Part shown: positions 20,901-31,232 of the stretch, piece after piece
Numbering within the stretch: the first letter of the stretch is position 1
Layout: each line of letters starts with the position of its first letter
Sequence record: SRR31156797_177
Direction: 5' to 3' (one strand)
Length of the DNA: 38,648 nucleotides
Translations under genes and position numbers: made by a program
The notes under the pieces: model-generated
What the model saw: the letters and a program-made list of their open reading frames with translations, nothing else
Databases searched by the model: none
Told to the model about the DNA's origin: nothing

Positions 20901-22976
20901 ATGAAATATCTGTTAATTGTTTGTTTTAGTATTTTGTTGATTTTCAAATCTTATTCTCAAAAATTTGAATATCCTCCTTGCCAGAAAAAAGAAGTAATTG
21001 ACACTTTTTTTAACTATTTTCCGGTTAAAGATGATTACAGATGGTTGGAAAATGTTGAAAACTTCGAAGTAAAAACATGGGTGAAAGAACAAAATAAGCT
21101 CTTCAATAAATTTATTAGAAGTGGTACAACTAAATTTAGATGCAAACATGATTTAGACAGATATTCCTGCACAGAGACCAATTACTCAGCCAAGCATGGA
21201 AAGTATTATTTCTCATATAAGATTAGAAATGGGCATGCAAGTGCAGGTTTATATTTTGGAGAAAAAACGGATGAAGTTTACGATCTTTTAGTTGATCCGA
21301 ATTACAATACAAATGGGAAGAAAAAAAACATTCGAGGCTTCTCTGTTTCCAAGGATTCACAAAAGTTATGCTATTTAACAAGCGAAGATGGCTCTGATTG
21401 GATGGAAGCCAGGGTTATAAATTTACCCTCAGGCGCAAAAAACAAAGATCTAATTCAAGGCATAAAATATTCAACAGTAAAATGGTATCGCGATGGTTTT
21501 TTCTATTCTAAATACCCTTTCAATGGTAAATTTTCAGCTTCTGAAGGAGAAGAGGTTTACTATCACAAATTAGGTGAATTGCAAAGTCAAGACAAATTGA
21601 TTTTTAAACGAAAAAACCCAAATGCCAGCTTTTCATATAAAGTCTCTTTCAATGAAAGATTTTTTGTACTGGAAGAAGAGGTATCAGATCATTTCAACTA
21701 CTTTTTTATTGACTACGAATCGGAACAACCATATTTACGTCCTCTTTTAATGAAACAAGCTGAAGAACTTTCATTTATCGACAGTAATAATGGTAAATTC
21801 ATTGTTAAAACATTTTTGAATAACAATTGTGGATCAGTAGTTGAAATTGATCCTTATGCTCCATATCAGTGGCGTGAAATAGTTCCTGCCCATAGTGATG
21901 CCATTCTCACAAAGACTCGTGTAAAAGAAAATTGCATTTTATGTGTATTTCAAACGGATCATCAACCCATTATAAAAGTGTACGATTTCAACGGAAAAAC
22001 ATTGTATACAAAACCAATGCCTATCGCAAGCTCCGTTTATGGATTTGATGGTCCTAAAAATGAAGAAAATCTAGTTTATTATAATGGATGCTATACCTTA
22101 CCAAAAATTCAATACTATTTTAATACCAACACATTTGAAACTAAAAATGGAGAAAAAACACATATTACATATCACTATAAAAACTATGAATACAAACTTT
22201 TAAAATACACTACTAAGGATGGTACAAAAGTTCCATTAACATTGGTCTATAAAAAAGGACTAAAATTGGATGGCAACAATCCAACTCTATTAAAAACTTA
22301 TGGTGGCTTTGGTTCAATATCCACTCCTAAATTTGATCCTGGCATTGTCTATTTTATAGAACAAGGAGGACTTTTTGCCTATGCAAATATTCGTGGCGGT
22401 GGTAATTTGGGATTTGAATGGGCTGAAGCTGGCAGAAGACTAAACAAACAAAACTCAATTAACGATTTCAATGAAGCTGCCGAATTCTTAATTGCTGAAA
22501 AATATACAAATCCAAAAAAAATAGCCATTACAGGAACTTCACATGGTGGTTTAATTGTGACGGCCGCCGCCATTCAAAGACCGGAATTGTATGCTGCAGT
22601 AGTTCCAATAGTGGCAGTAACAGACATGTTAAGATTCGAAAAATTTACTGTGGGTAGTTTTCATTTAGATGAATTTGGAACTGTTAAAGATTCTTTGGAT
22701 TTTTTAAATTTAAGACAGTATTCACCTCTGCACAATATTAAAAAAGAGGTGAATTATCCTGCTATGTTGGTAATGACTTCTGAAAATGATGATAGAGTTC
22801 CTCCTTTTCATTCGTATAAATTTGTTGCTGCCCTTCAAAATAGATCGAGTCAAAAAAATCCTATTCTACTGAGGGTTGAACAAAACGCAGGACATGGCGG
22901 AGCCAATAGTAAAGTTACAGAAGTTGATAGTAAATCAGATATGTTTCGTTTCATTATGAAAGTTCTGACAAATTAA
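20901..22976 (+). CDS. S9A prolyl oligopeptidase family serine peptidase, exported (paralog 2)
   Basis: Signal peptide, DDYRWLE, YGGF, NIRGGG; catalytic triad in GTSHGG / DDRV / AGH. Confidence 0.9.
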   Translation: MKYLLIVCFSILLIFKSYSQKFEYPPCQKKEVIDTFFNYFPVKDDYRWLENVENFEVKTWVKEQNKLFNKFIRSGTTKFRCKHDLDRYSCTETNYSAKHGKYYFSYKIRNGHASAGLYFGEKTDEVYDLLVDPNYNTNGKKKNIRGFSVSKDSQKLCYLTSEDGSDWMEARVINLPSGAKNKDLIQGIKYSTVKWYRDGFFYSKYPFNGKFSASEGEEVYYHKLGELQSQDKLIFKRKNPNASFSYKVSFNERFFVLEEEVSDHFNYFFIDYESEQPYLRPLLMKQAEELSFIDSNNGKFIVKTFLNNNCGSVVEIDPYAPYQWREIVPAHSDAILTKTRVKENCILCVFQTDHQPIIKVYDFNGKTLYTKPMPIASSVYGFDGPKNEENLVYYNGCYTLPKIQYYFNTNTFETKNGEKTHITYHYKNYEYKLLKYTTKDGTKVPLTLVYKKGLKLDGNNPTLLKTYGGFGSISTPKFDPGIVYFIEQGGLFAYANIRGGGNLGFEWAEAGRRLNKQNSINDFNEAAEFLIAEKYTNPKKIAITGTSHGGLIVTAAAIQRPELYAAVVPIVAVTDMLRFEKFTVGSFHLDEFGTVKDSLDFLNLRQYSPLHNIKKEVNYPAMLVMTSENDDRVPPFHSYKFVAALQNRSSQKNPILLRVEQNAGHGGANSKVTEVDSKSDMFRFIMKVLTN

Positions 22977-22979
22977 TTC

Positions 22980-23022
22980 ATCAAAAAAGCGATATCTGAA
23001 GTTCAGATATCGCTTTTTTGAT
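22980..23022. terminator. Bidirectional terminator between the convergent peptidase and ilvA genes
   Basis: Perfect 21-bp inverted repeat ATCAAAAAAGCGATATCTGAA-G-TTCAGATATCGCTTTTTTGAT with A6/T6 flanks. Confidence 0.9.
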
Positions 23023-23039
23023 TGTTATAAACTATTCTC

Positions 23040-24305
23040 TCAGACTATAAACTGAAACAAATCGGTTTTATCATTTAGGTATTCAAAAACAAAATTTCGC
23101 TCTGTCATTCTAGTTTGTAGCCTTTTCAAATCCTCTGGATGTCGGACTTCAATTCCTATTACAGCTGGTCCTTTTTCTCGACTGCTTTTTTTGTAATATT
23201 CGAAATGAGTAATATCATCACCTGAATCTAAAACATCATTTACAAATTCTTTTAAGGCTCCTGATCGCTGAGGAAAACGCACCATAAAATAATGTTTCAA
23301 TCCTTCATATAGCAAGCTGCGTTCCTTGATTTCTTCCATTCGGGTAATGTCGTTATTACTGCCACTAAGAATGCAAACTACATTTTTTCCTCTTAGTTTA
23401 TCCGAAAGTAATTCAAGAGCTGCAATAGATAAAGCTCCTGCAGGTTCAGCAACAATTGCATCCTCGTTATACAGACGTAAAATGGTGGAACAAATCAATC
23501 CTTCCGGTACCACAATTACATCATCCAATACTTTTTGGCAAACTCGCCAGGTAAGATTTCCTACCTTTTGAACTGCTGCTCCATCAACAAATCTATCTAT
23601 GCAATCCAATGAAACATTTTCACCATTCTCAAAAGCCGTTTTCATTGAGGGAGCACCTTCGGGTTCCACTCCAATAATTTTGGTATTCGGGCTAAACTCT
23701 TTAATCCAAGCTCCTAAACCTGATGCTAATCCTCCTCCTCCTATCGGAACTATGATATAATCAATTGGTTCGGTACATTCCTGTAATATTTCCAGACCAA
23801 TAGTTCCCTGCCCTTCAATAATTTTTGGATCATCAAATGGATGGATAAATGTTTTTCCTTGTTCTGCCGCATCGGCTACAGCTTTGCTAGATGCATCATC
23901 GAAAGTATCTCCGGTAAGAATAATTTCTACAAACTCACCACCGAACATCTTCACTTGTTTGATCTTTTGTTTTGGTGTAGTTTCAGGCATATAAATTACA
24001 CCCGTGCAAGCCAATTTCTTACACGAATAAGCCACTCCTTGTGCGTGATTTCCTGCACTGGCACATACAATTCCTTTTTCCAGTTTTTCTTTAGAAAGTC
24101 CAGATATCTTATTGTAAGCACCTCTTATTTTATAAGATCGTACAACCTGCAAATCCTCACGTTTCAACATGATATTGGCATCATATTTAAGCGAAAGGTT
24201 TAAATTTTGAAGAACTGGTGTTGTCTGAACTACTTCCTTAACCGTTCTACCCGCCTTTACAATATCCGACATTTTCGGATAGTAATGTTCCTGTTTTTCC
24301 GTCAC
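23040..24305 (-). CDS. ilvA: Threonine ammonia-lyase, short form
   Basis: PLP-lysine motif RSYKIRGAYN, CASAGNHAQG, PIGGGGL, and a single C-terminal ACT domain (FPQRSGALKEF). Confidence 0.93.
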   Translation of the reverse strand: MTEKQEHYYPKMSDIVKAGRTVKEVVQTTPVLQNLNLSLKYDANIMLKREDLQVVRSYKIRGAYNKISGLSKEKLEKGIVCASAGNHAQGVAYSCKKLACTGVIYMPETTPKQKIKQVKMFGGEFVEIILTGDTFDDASSKAVADAAEQGKTFIHPFDDPKIIEGQGTIGLEILQECTEPIDYIIVPIGGGGLASGLGAWIKEFSPNTKIIGVEPEGAPSMKTAFENGENVSLDCIDRFVDGAAVQKVGNLTWRVCQKVLDDVIVVPEGLICSTILRLYNEDAIVAEPAGALSIAALELLSDKLRGKNVVCILSGSNNDITRMEEIKERSLLYEGLKHYFMVRFPQRSGALKEFVNDVLDSGDDITHFEYYKKSSREKGPAVIGIEVRHPEDLKRLQTRMTERNFVFEYLNDKTDLFQFIV

Positions 24306-24388
24306 GTTTCCCCCTTTGATCTCTGTATTCGATTTAATTCACCACAATATTGCTTTTAAAATTTCAATCAAGATTTATATAAATGATC

Positions 24389-24445
24389 AGCTTCAAGCCA
24401 CAAGTCCCAAGATTTCTTGAAACTGGCAGCTTGTAACTTGAAGCT
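24389..24445 (-). repeat. 7-nt-periodic inverted repeat (RNA hairpin) between leuB and ilvA
   Basis: Plus strand AGCTTCA AGCCACA AGTCCCA AG...TTGAAAC TGGCAGC TTGTAAC TTGAAGC T; pairs fully only as minus-strand RNA using G-U pairs. Confidence 0.7.
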
Positions 24446-24487
24446 ATTAAAAACCAATATTTATAGATTCAATGCAAATATGTAGTT

Positions 24488-25558
24488 TTACGCATTTTGA
24501 ATAAATTCTACCAACCAATCTCCAACTTCAGATGTACTGTATGCTTTTTTATCATCAGCTATATCTTCTGTAACAATACCAGCTTCTAATGATTGATCAA
24601 TGGCTTCACGAATCAAAGCTCCCTCTTTCATCATGCCAAATGCATATTCGAACATCATAGCAGCAGAAAGAACAGTAGCGCAAGGATTGGCAATATTTTT
24701 ACCTGCAGCTTGCGGATAAGAACCATGAATTGGCTCAAAAACCGAAGTATGAACTCCAATTGATGCTGATGGTAACATTCCCATCGATCCTGAAATCACA
24801 CTCGCCTCATCGGTTAGGATATCTCCAAACATGTTTTCTGTTACCATCACATCGAAACGCTTTGGCCAGGTAATAATTTGCATCGCAGCATTATCAACAA
24901 ACATATATTCTACTTCGATATCAGGAAATTCAGGCTCAATTCTCTGAGCTGTTTCTCTCCACAATCTTGATGTTGCCAATACATTTGCCTTATCAACAAT
25001 AGTTAGCTTTTTTCTACGCTTCCCTGCATATTCAAACCCTAAACGAACAATTCTCTCAATTTCATCCGCAGTATAAACGCAAGAATCGAAGGCTGTTTGT
25101 CCGTCTTCGCTTCTCCCTTGCGGGCGACCAAAATAAATACCACCCGTTAACTCACGAATACACATAAAATCTGCTCCATCAACCAATTCGGTTTTCAATG
25201 GTGATTTATGAATTAATGATTTAAAGGTATTTACAGGACGAAGATTGGCATACAAACCAAGCTTTTTACGCATTGCCAAAAGTCCCTGTTCCGGGCGTAC
25301 TTTAGCCGAAGGATCATTATCGAACTTAGGATCTCCGATCGCTCCAAAAAGTACTGCATCCGACTGCATGCACAATTCATGAGTTTCTGTCGGATAAGGA
25401 TCTCCCACCTGATCAATTGCTGTTGCACCAACCAGTGCTTCGGTGTATTCGAAGTTGTGACCAAATTTCTTGCATATTGCATCGGTTACCTTTTTGGCTT
25501 GAGCCACTATTTCAGGTCCAATACCATCTCCTGCTAATACTGCTATTTTATAAGTCAT
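24488..25558 (-). CDS. leuB: 3-isopropylmalate dehydrogenase
   Basis: [42 protein letters not shown] and EPIHGS motifs. Confidence 0.95.
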   Translation of the reverse strand: MTYKIAVLAGDGIGPEIVAQAKKVTDAICKKFGHNFEYTEALVGATAIDQVGDPYPTETHELCMQSDAVLFGAIGDPKFDNDPSAKVRPEQGLLAMRKKLGLYANLRPVNTFKSLIHKSPLKTELVDGADFMCIRELTGGIYFGRPQGRSEDGQTAFDSCVYTADEIERIVRLGFEYAGKRRKKLTIVDKANVLATSRLWRETAQRIEPEFPDIEVEYMFVDNAAMQIITWPKRFDVMVTENMFGDILTDEASVISGSMGMLPSASIGVHTSVFEPIHGSYPQAAGKNIANPCATVLSAAMMFEYAFGMMKEGALIREAIDQSLEAGIVTEDIADDKKAYSTSEVGDWLVEFIQNA

Positions 25559-25567
25559 TGTTGTTTA

Positions 25568-27127
25568 TTATTCTGTTGTTACTGTTTTATTTTCTACACT
25601 ATTTTGTTGCTCCAAAAGGTTGAGCATACGCGAAGTTGCTTTAATTGCCGCTTCCAACTGATCAGGATCTAAACCTCGGGTTTTAAAATACTTACCATTA
25701 TAATCCCAGGTAATCAAAGTCTCAACCAAGGCATCCGTTTTTCCTCCAGGTGGTATTCGAACCAAATAATCTTTCAAAATTGGACGTCTTTTATCCAACT
25801 TGGCGTAAATACTCCAAATGGCATTCATAAACGCGTCATACTGACCATCACCAGAAGCTGTTCCTTCGTGCATTTCACCATTAATTTCCAGATTTATAGA
25901 TGCAAATGGTCGCATTCCTTTCGATAGAGACAGTGAATAATGCTTGATCTGAATTGGCATTTCTTCTATGCTCTGATTCAATACATCCGAAACGATGTAA
26001 GGAAGATCTTCTGTAGTTACGGTTTCCTTTTTATCGCCCAATTCAATCACTCGTTGAGTTACCTTTTTCATGGTTTCCTCTTCAAGTGTCATTCCCAGTT
26101 CTTCTAAATTCTTTTTAATATTTGCCTTTCCAGATGTTTTTCCAAGCGCATACTTTCGTTCTCTTCCGAAACGTTCCGGCATTAATCGATTAAAGTACAA
26201 ATCATCTTTTGAATCACCATCGGCATGAACTCCACAAGTTTGTGTAAATACATTTTCTCCAACCAATGGTTTATTAGCTGGAATTCTTATTCCCGAGAAT
26301 GTTTCAACAATTCTACTTACTGTATTTATTTTCTCTTCGTTTACATTGATTTTGCGCGACAAGTGATCTTTTATAACACCAACTACTGATGCCAATGGTG
26401 CATTACCAGCACGCTCACCCAAACCATTTACTGTTGTGTGAACACCATTCATTCCTGCTAGAACAGCCGAATACACATTGGCTAAAGCGAGATCGTAATC
26501 GTTGTGTGCATGAAAATCGAAATGCAATTTCGGATATCTTTCACGACAAGCATAACAGAAATCAAATGCTTGAACCTGATTCATAACTCCAAGCGTATCT
26601 GGAAGCATAAATCGCTGAATGTTTTCCTTTTGCAATTCATCCAATAAATACCAAACGTAATCACGGGAAGTCATCATTCCATTCGACCAATCTTCCAAAT
26701 AAAGATTAACCTTTATTCCTAATTCTGTAGCATAAGCAACTGCATCCTTAACATCTTGAACGTGTTGACCAGGCGTTTTGCGAAGCTGACCTTGCAAATG
26801 TTTAAGAGATCCTTTCGAAAGTAAGTTAACCACTCGAGCACCACTCTCAAAAATCCAATCTAAAGATGCCTTACCGTCAATAAAACCCAAAACTTCAATC
26901 TTATCCAAACAGTCATTCTTTTCTGCCCATTTGGTAATTCGCCTTACCGCTTGAAATTCGCCTTCCGATACTCTGGCAGAAGCCACCTCCATTCTATCGA
27001 CTTTCAGGGATTGTAACATGAGTTTTACAACACCTAACTTTTCGTCGGCATTGAAACTTACACCCGAAGTCTGCTCACCATCCCTAAGGGTGGTATCCAT
27101 AATTTCTAAGCTACGCAGTTCGTTCAT
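25568..27127 (-). CDS. cimA: Probable (R)-citramalate synthase (Leptospira/Bacteroidetes type)
   Basis: DRE-TIM motifs [34 protein letters not shown] plus regulatory domain; second LeuA-family gene in the operon. Confidence 0.8.
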   Translation of the reverse strand: MNELRSLEIMDTTLRDGEQTSGVSFNADEKLGVVKLMLQSLKVDRMEVASARVSEGEFQAVRRITKWAEKNDCLDKIEVLGFIDGKASLDWIFESGARVVNLLSKGSLKHLQGQLRKTPGQHVQDVKDAVAYATELGIKVNLYLEDWSNGMMTSRDYVWYLLDELQKENIQRFMLPDTLGVMNQVQAFDFCYACRERYPKLHFDFHAHNDYDLALANVYSAVLAGMNGVHTTVNGLGERAGNAPLASVVGVIKDHLSRKINVNEEKINTVSRIVETFSGIRIPANKPLVGENVFTQTCGVHADGDSKDDLYFNRLMPERFGRERKYALGKTSGKANIKKNLEELGMTLEEETMKKVTQRVIELGDKKETVTTEDLPYIVSDVLNQSIEEMPIQIKHYSLSLSKGMRPFASINLEINGEMHEGTASGDGQYDAFMNAIWSIYAKLDKRRPILKDYLVRIPPGGKTDALVETLITWDYNGKYFKTRGLDPDQLEAAIKATSRMLNLLEQQNSVENKTVTTE

Positions 27128-27145
27128 TTAATTAGGCTTGAAAGA

Positions 27146-27730
27146 TTAGTTTTTCAGTTCAAAGGCTTTTATACTTTCCTTCTTGTTTAAAAGAAAATCG
27201 ATATCATCGAATCCGTTCAACAAACAATTTTTCTTGTAAGGATTGATCTCAAATTCTTCCTTTTCATCATTCAATGAAATGCTCTGTTTTTCAAGATCAA
27301 CGACTAATTCCTGGTTATTGTCTTTCTCTACAGCATCGAATATTTTAGTAAGAAACTCAGGTGTGACAATTACAGGAAGCACTCCATTATTTAATGCATT
27401 TCCTTTAAAAATATCAGCAAAAAAACTACTTACTACAACTTTAAAACCGTAATCATGAACTGCCCATGCAGCATGTTCTCTTGATGATCCGCTTCCGAAG
27501 TTTTTTCCGGCAACCAAAATCTTTCCAGAGTAATTCGTCTTATTTAATACAAAATCCTCAACAGGAGATCCATCTGGAGCAAATCTCCAATCTCTGAATA
27601 AATTCTCTCCAAACCCTTCACGACTCGTTGCTTTCAAAAATCGCGCTGGTATAATCTGATCCGTATCTACGTTTTCTACCGGAAGTGGCACATAAGATGA
27701 CTCTAGTACGGTAAATTTATCTATTGGCAT
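27146..27730 (-). CDS. leuD: 3-isopropylmalate dehydratase small subunit
   Basis: [13 protein letters not shown] and [11 protein letters not shown] motifs. Confidence 0.95.
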   Translation of the reverse strand: MPIDKFTVLESSYVPLPVENVDTDQIIPARFLKATSREGFGENLFRDWRFAPDGSPVEDFVLNKTNYSGKILVAGKNFGSGSSREHAAWAVHDYGFKVVVSSFFADIFKGNALNNGVLPVIVTPEFLTKIFDAVEKDNNQELVVDLEKQSISLNDEKEEFEINPYKKNCLLNGFDDIDFLLNKKESIKAFELKN

Positions 27731-27744
27731 ATTATTTTTTTTTG

Positions 27745-27779
27745 AGCTATTAGCTTTTGGCTTGTAGCCTTTAGCTAAA
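27745..27779. repeat. Five degenerate 7-mers between leuC and leuD
   Basis: AGCTATT AGCTTTT GGCTTGT AGCCTTT AGCTAAA. Confidence 0.6.
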
Positions 27780-27798
27780 AAATATTAATGAATTTTTA

Positions 27799-29199
27799 CT
27801 AAAACAATTCTCTGGGATCACTGATCACACCTGTTACAGCGGCGGCTGCAGCTGTTAACGGACTAGCTAACAAAGTTCTAGAACCTGGTCCTTGTCTTCC
27901 TTCAAAATTTCTATTCGATGTAGAAACACTATATTTTCCTGCAGGAACCTTATCGTCATTCATTGCCAAACATGCAGAACATCCTGGCTGACGAAGTTTA
28001 AATCCTGCTTCTTCCAGAATTTCAACCAAACCTTCTTCCTGAGCTTGTTTCTCCACTTGCTTTGAACCTGGAACAATCCAAGCTGTAACAGAATCTGCTT
28101 TTTTCTTTCCTTTAACCACTGAAGCAAGAACTCGCAAATCCTCGATTCTTCCGTTGGTACAACTTCCTACAAATACATAATCCACTTTCTTACCCAGCAA
28201 CTGATCGCCAAGTTCATAGCCCATGTATTCCAAAGACTTTTTAAATGTTGGCAATTCGCTTGCTTCAATATCTTCAGCTTTAGGTATGCTGCCTGAAATA
28301 CCTGTTCCCATTCCCGGGTTGGTACCGTAAGTCAACATTGGTTCAATGTCAGATGCCTTATAAGTATATTCCTTATCGAAAACAGCTTTATCATCTGTTT
28401 TTAATGCTTTCCATTTTGCAACTGCTTTATCCCAATCTTCATCTTTAGGTGCAAATTCTCGACCTTTTACATATTCGAATGTAGTTTTGTCTGGGGCAAT
28501 CATTCCTCCACGAGCACCCATTTCGATACTCATATTACAAACCGTCATTCTACCTTCCATACTTAAACTGCTAACAGCTGAACCTGCATACTCCACAAAA
28601 TAACCTGTAGCTCCACCTGTTCCCAACTGAGCAATTACATACAAGGTCAGGTCTTTTGCAGTAACACCTTTTTGTAATTCACCATCAATGGTAATTCGCA
28701 TTTTCTTTGGCTTAGGCTGCAGAATACACTGTGTTGCCAGAACCATTTCAACCTCTGATGTCCCAATACCGAATGCAACAGCTCCAAATGCACCATGAGT
28801 TGATGTATGACTATCACCACAAACCATAGTCATACCTGGTTGTGTATGCCCCAATTCTGGTCCAACCACGTGAACAATCCCATTGTATGGATGATTTAAT
28901 CCGTAAAGAGAAATATTGTTCTTTTCGCAGTTAGCTGTCAAAGTCTCCACCTGTTTTCTCGACAATTCATCTTTAATTGTCAGGTGCTGATTCTCGGTAG
29001 GAATATTGTGATCGGGAGTTGCTATTGTTTTTTCCGGACGGAAAACCTTTAAGCCTCGCTGCTCCAAACCAGCAAATGCTTGCGGACTTGTAACCTCATG
29101 AATCAAATGTTTATCGATATACAATACGGAGGGACCTCCTTTAATCTTCTCAACAACGTGAGCGTCCCATACTTTATCAAATAGTGTTTTTGGTTCCAT
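27799..29199 (-). CDS. leuC: 3-isopropylmalate dehydratase large subunit
   Basis: [36 protein letters not shown] and [10 protein letters not shown] motifs. Confidence 0.95.
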   Translation of the reverse strand: MEPKTLFDKVWDAHVVEKIKGGPSVLYIDKHLIHEVTSPQAFAGLEQRGLKVFRPEKTIATPDHNIPTENQHLTIKDELSRKQVETLTANCEKNNISLYGLNHPYNGIVHVVGPELGHTQPGMTMVCGDSHTSTHGAFGAVAFGIGTSEVEMVLATQCILQPKPKKMRITIDGELQKGVTAKDLTLYVIAQLGTGGATGYFVEYAGSAVSSLSMEGRMTVCNMSIEMGARGGMIAPDKTTFEYVKGREFAPKDEDWDKAVAKWKALKTDDKAVFDKEYTYKASDIEPMLTYGTNPGMGTGISGSIPKAEDIEASELPTFKKSLEYMGYELGDQLLGKKVDYVFVGSCTNGRIEDLRVLASVVKGKKKADSVTAWIVPGSKQVEKQAQEEGLVEILEEAGFKLRQPGCSACLAMNDDKVPAGKYSVSTSNRNFEGRQGPGSRTLLASPLTAAAAAVTGVISDPRELF

Positions 29200-29280
29200 T
29201 CTTATAATTTCTTACTTGCTATTCTCACTTTAAATGAGAGTACCAATTATTCAATATTTATTTAATGAGAATCTTAATAA

Positions 29281-30777
29281 TTAGTAAACAATTTTCGATA
29301 GTGCATCTACCAATGCTTCCACCGAAGCGGTAATAATATCCACATTTGCTCCAAATCCATAAACTACTTTACCATTGTGTTCTAACTGTACATGCACTTT
29401 TCCAAGATCATCACTACCTCGAGTTAATGCTTGAACAAGGAATTCACCCAATGTAAATTTCTGTTTAATCAAGTTCTTAACTGCATTAAAACAAGCATCA
29501 ATTGGTCCATTACCTTCTGCAGTTGCAGCACAACTCTCCCCTTTAATTTTCAAGTGAACCGTAGCCATTGGAATAGTTGATTTTCCAGATACTACCTGCA
29601 ACAACTCCAATTCAACAGTCTTCTCCAAATTCTCCGTTTCGCCCATCAACTCAGAAAGATCCTTTTCACTCAAGTTCTTTCTTTGATCTGCCATTACTAG
29701 GAATCTGTTGTAGGCATCATCCAATTGTTCCTGAGATAATTCATAACCCATTTGGCTTAAATGATGATTCAAGGCAGCACGTCCACTTCTTGCTGTCAAT
29801 ACAATTGCTGATTCCTGAATTCCAACATCAACAGGATCGATAATCTCGTAGTTTTCTCTATTCTTCAATACTCCATCCTGATGGATACCTGAAGAATGAG
29901 CAAATGCATTTCTACCTACAATTGCCTTATTAGGCTGAACTGGCATGTTCATTAATGAAGAAACCAATCGACTAGCACCAAAAATCTCTTGGGTTTTAAT
30001 ATCTGTATGCAATGGCAGATGATGGTGAGTTTTAACAGCCATTACCACCTCTTCCAAGGATGTATTTCCAGCTCGTTCACCAATACCATTAATGGTTACT
30101 TCAACCTGACGGGCACCATTCATCACTCCACTAAGTGAGTTGGCAGTTGCCATTCCCAAATCGTTGTGACAATGTGTTGATAATATGGCTTTATGAACGT
30201 TGGATACGTTCTCCATCAAATACTTGATTTTTGCTCCGTATTCCGATGGAAGGCAATACCCTGTAGTGTCAGGAATATTAATTACCGTAGCACCTGCTGC
30301 AATTACCGCTTCCACAACTCTTGCTAAATATTCGTTATCCGATCTACCCGCATCTTCTGCATAGAATTCAACATCCTCTACATAGCGCTTGGCGTACTTA
30401 ACAGCGCGAACAGCACGATCTAATATTTCATCGGGATTGGAATTTAATTTCGACTTGATATGGTAAGGTGAAGTACCTATTCCGGTATGAATACGACCTC
30501 GTTTCGCAAATTTCAGAGCCTCAGCAGCAACATCAATATCTTTCTCAACTGCACGTGTAAGTGCACATATGGTAGGATTGCTTACTGCCTTAGCTATTTC
30601 GACGACCGACTGAAAATCCCCCGGACTCGAAACAGGAAATCCTGCTTCTATCACATCCACTCCAAGAGCTTCCAGAGTTTTAGCTACTTCAATTTTCTCA
30701 ATTGTGTTTAGCTGGCACCCTGGTACTTGCTCACCATCTCTTAATGTGGTGTCGAAAATAAATAATTTATCACTCAT
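29281..30777 (-). CDS. leuA: 2-isopropylmalate synthase
   Basis: [43 protein letters not shown], and regulatory domain GNGPIDA. Confidence 0.93.
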   Translation of the reverse strand: MSDKLFIFDTTLRDGEQVPGCQLNTIEKIEVAKTLEALGVDVIEAGFPVSSPGDFQSVVEIAKAVSNPTICALTRAVEKDIDVAAEALKFAKRGRIHTGIGTSPYHIKSKLNSNPDEILDRAVRAVKYAKRYVEDVEFYAEDAGRSDNEYLARVVEAVIAAGATVINIPDTTGYCLPSEYGAKIKYLMENVSNVHKAILSTHCHNDLGMATANSLSGVMNGARQVEVTINGIGERAGNTSLEEVVMAVKTHHHLPLHTDIKTQEIFGASRLVSSLMNMPVQPNKAIVGRNAFAHSSGIHQDGVLKNRENYEIIDPVDVGIQESAIVLTARSGRAALNHHLSQMGYELSQEQLDDAYNRFLVMADQRKNLSEKDLSELMGETENLEKTVELELLQVVSGKSTIPMATVHLKIKGESCAATAEGNGPIDACFNAVKNLIKQKFTLGEFLVQALTRGSDDLGKVHVQLEHNGKVVYGFGANVDIITASVEALVDALSKIVY

Positions 30778-30822
30778 TTTTTTCGTGTTTTGTTAACGTG
30801 ATTTACTATTAGTTTTTGTTGT

Positions 30823-30855
30823 AAAAAAAAAGTTCCCCCACTTAGGAAGAACTTT
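30823..30855 (-). terminator. Attenuator terminator upstream of leuA
   Basis: Minus-strand RNA AGUUCUUCC-UAAGU-GGGGGAAC followed by U9; G-U pairs fix the orientation. Confidence 0.85.
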
Positions 30856-30883
30856 GTATTATGATCGTTTAATCTTGTTCAGA

Positions 30884-30967
30884 TTATAACACAGTCTTCC
30901 AATTTGATCCTTCAATAATGAGGTCAAGAATGAGAATTAAACCTATAATAATTGAGTTCGTATTCAT
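30884..30967 (-). CDS. Leader peptide of the leu/cimA operon: MNTNSIIIGLILILDLIIEGSNWKTVL
   Basis: Manual translation: 27 aa with 7 Ile and 5 Leu; stop lies 28 nt before the terminator; GGAAGA in the leader is complementary to UCUUCC of the terminator 5' arm. Confidence 0.85.
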   Translation of the reverse strand: MNTNSIIIGLILILDLIIEGSNWKTVL

Positions 30968-31018
30968 CTCGATTTTGTTAGCTGTGATTATTTATTGTGG
31001 ATTCTCTCAAATCCTGAA

Positions 31019-31026
31019 CAAACCTA
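31019..31026 (-). promoter_or_regulatory. Candidate Bacteroidetes -7 promoter box for the leu leader
   Basis: TAGGTTTG matches TAnnTTTG, 51 nt upstream of the leader ATG; no well-spaced -33 TTTG. Confidence 0.45.
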
Positions 31027-31187
31027 AAAACTTATGATTGTAGTGGAAAACAAGATTTTAATTACAATTACGATATTCAAACTGAATCTTCTGTTCTACA
31101 TCTTCAACTCAATATCTACAATCAATCTAAATAGCAATCACTTACAAGCTTCACTCCCTTTCAAAAAATGGGATATTCAAGCACTTA

Positions 31188-31224
31188 TAAAACCTAACAG
31201 ATTGTTAGAATCTGTTAGGTTTTA
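31188..31224 (-). terminator. Stem-loop after ilvC (terminator or mRNA stabiliser)
   Basis: Perfect 16-bp inverted repeat TAAAACCTAACAGATT/AATCTGTTAGGTTTTA, 8 nt after the ilvC stop; short U-tract only. Confidence 0.65.
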
Positions 31225-31232
31225 GTGTATTT

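Noticed and set aside
15721-22976. RiPP cluster (TldD/E and POP-type enzymes can mature peptides)
   Set aside because: No precursor ORF, modifying enzyme or exporter found nearby
31034-31225. 63-aa plus-strand ORF and weakly periodic AT-rich tract between ilvC and the leu leader
   Set aside because: Antisense to the operon, runs through the ilvC hairpin, no recognisable motif; periodicity too weak to support
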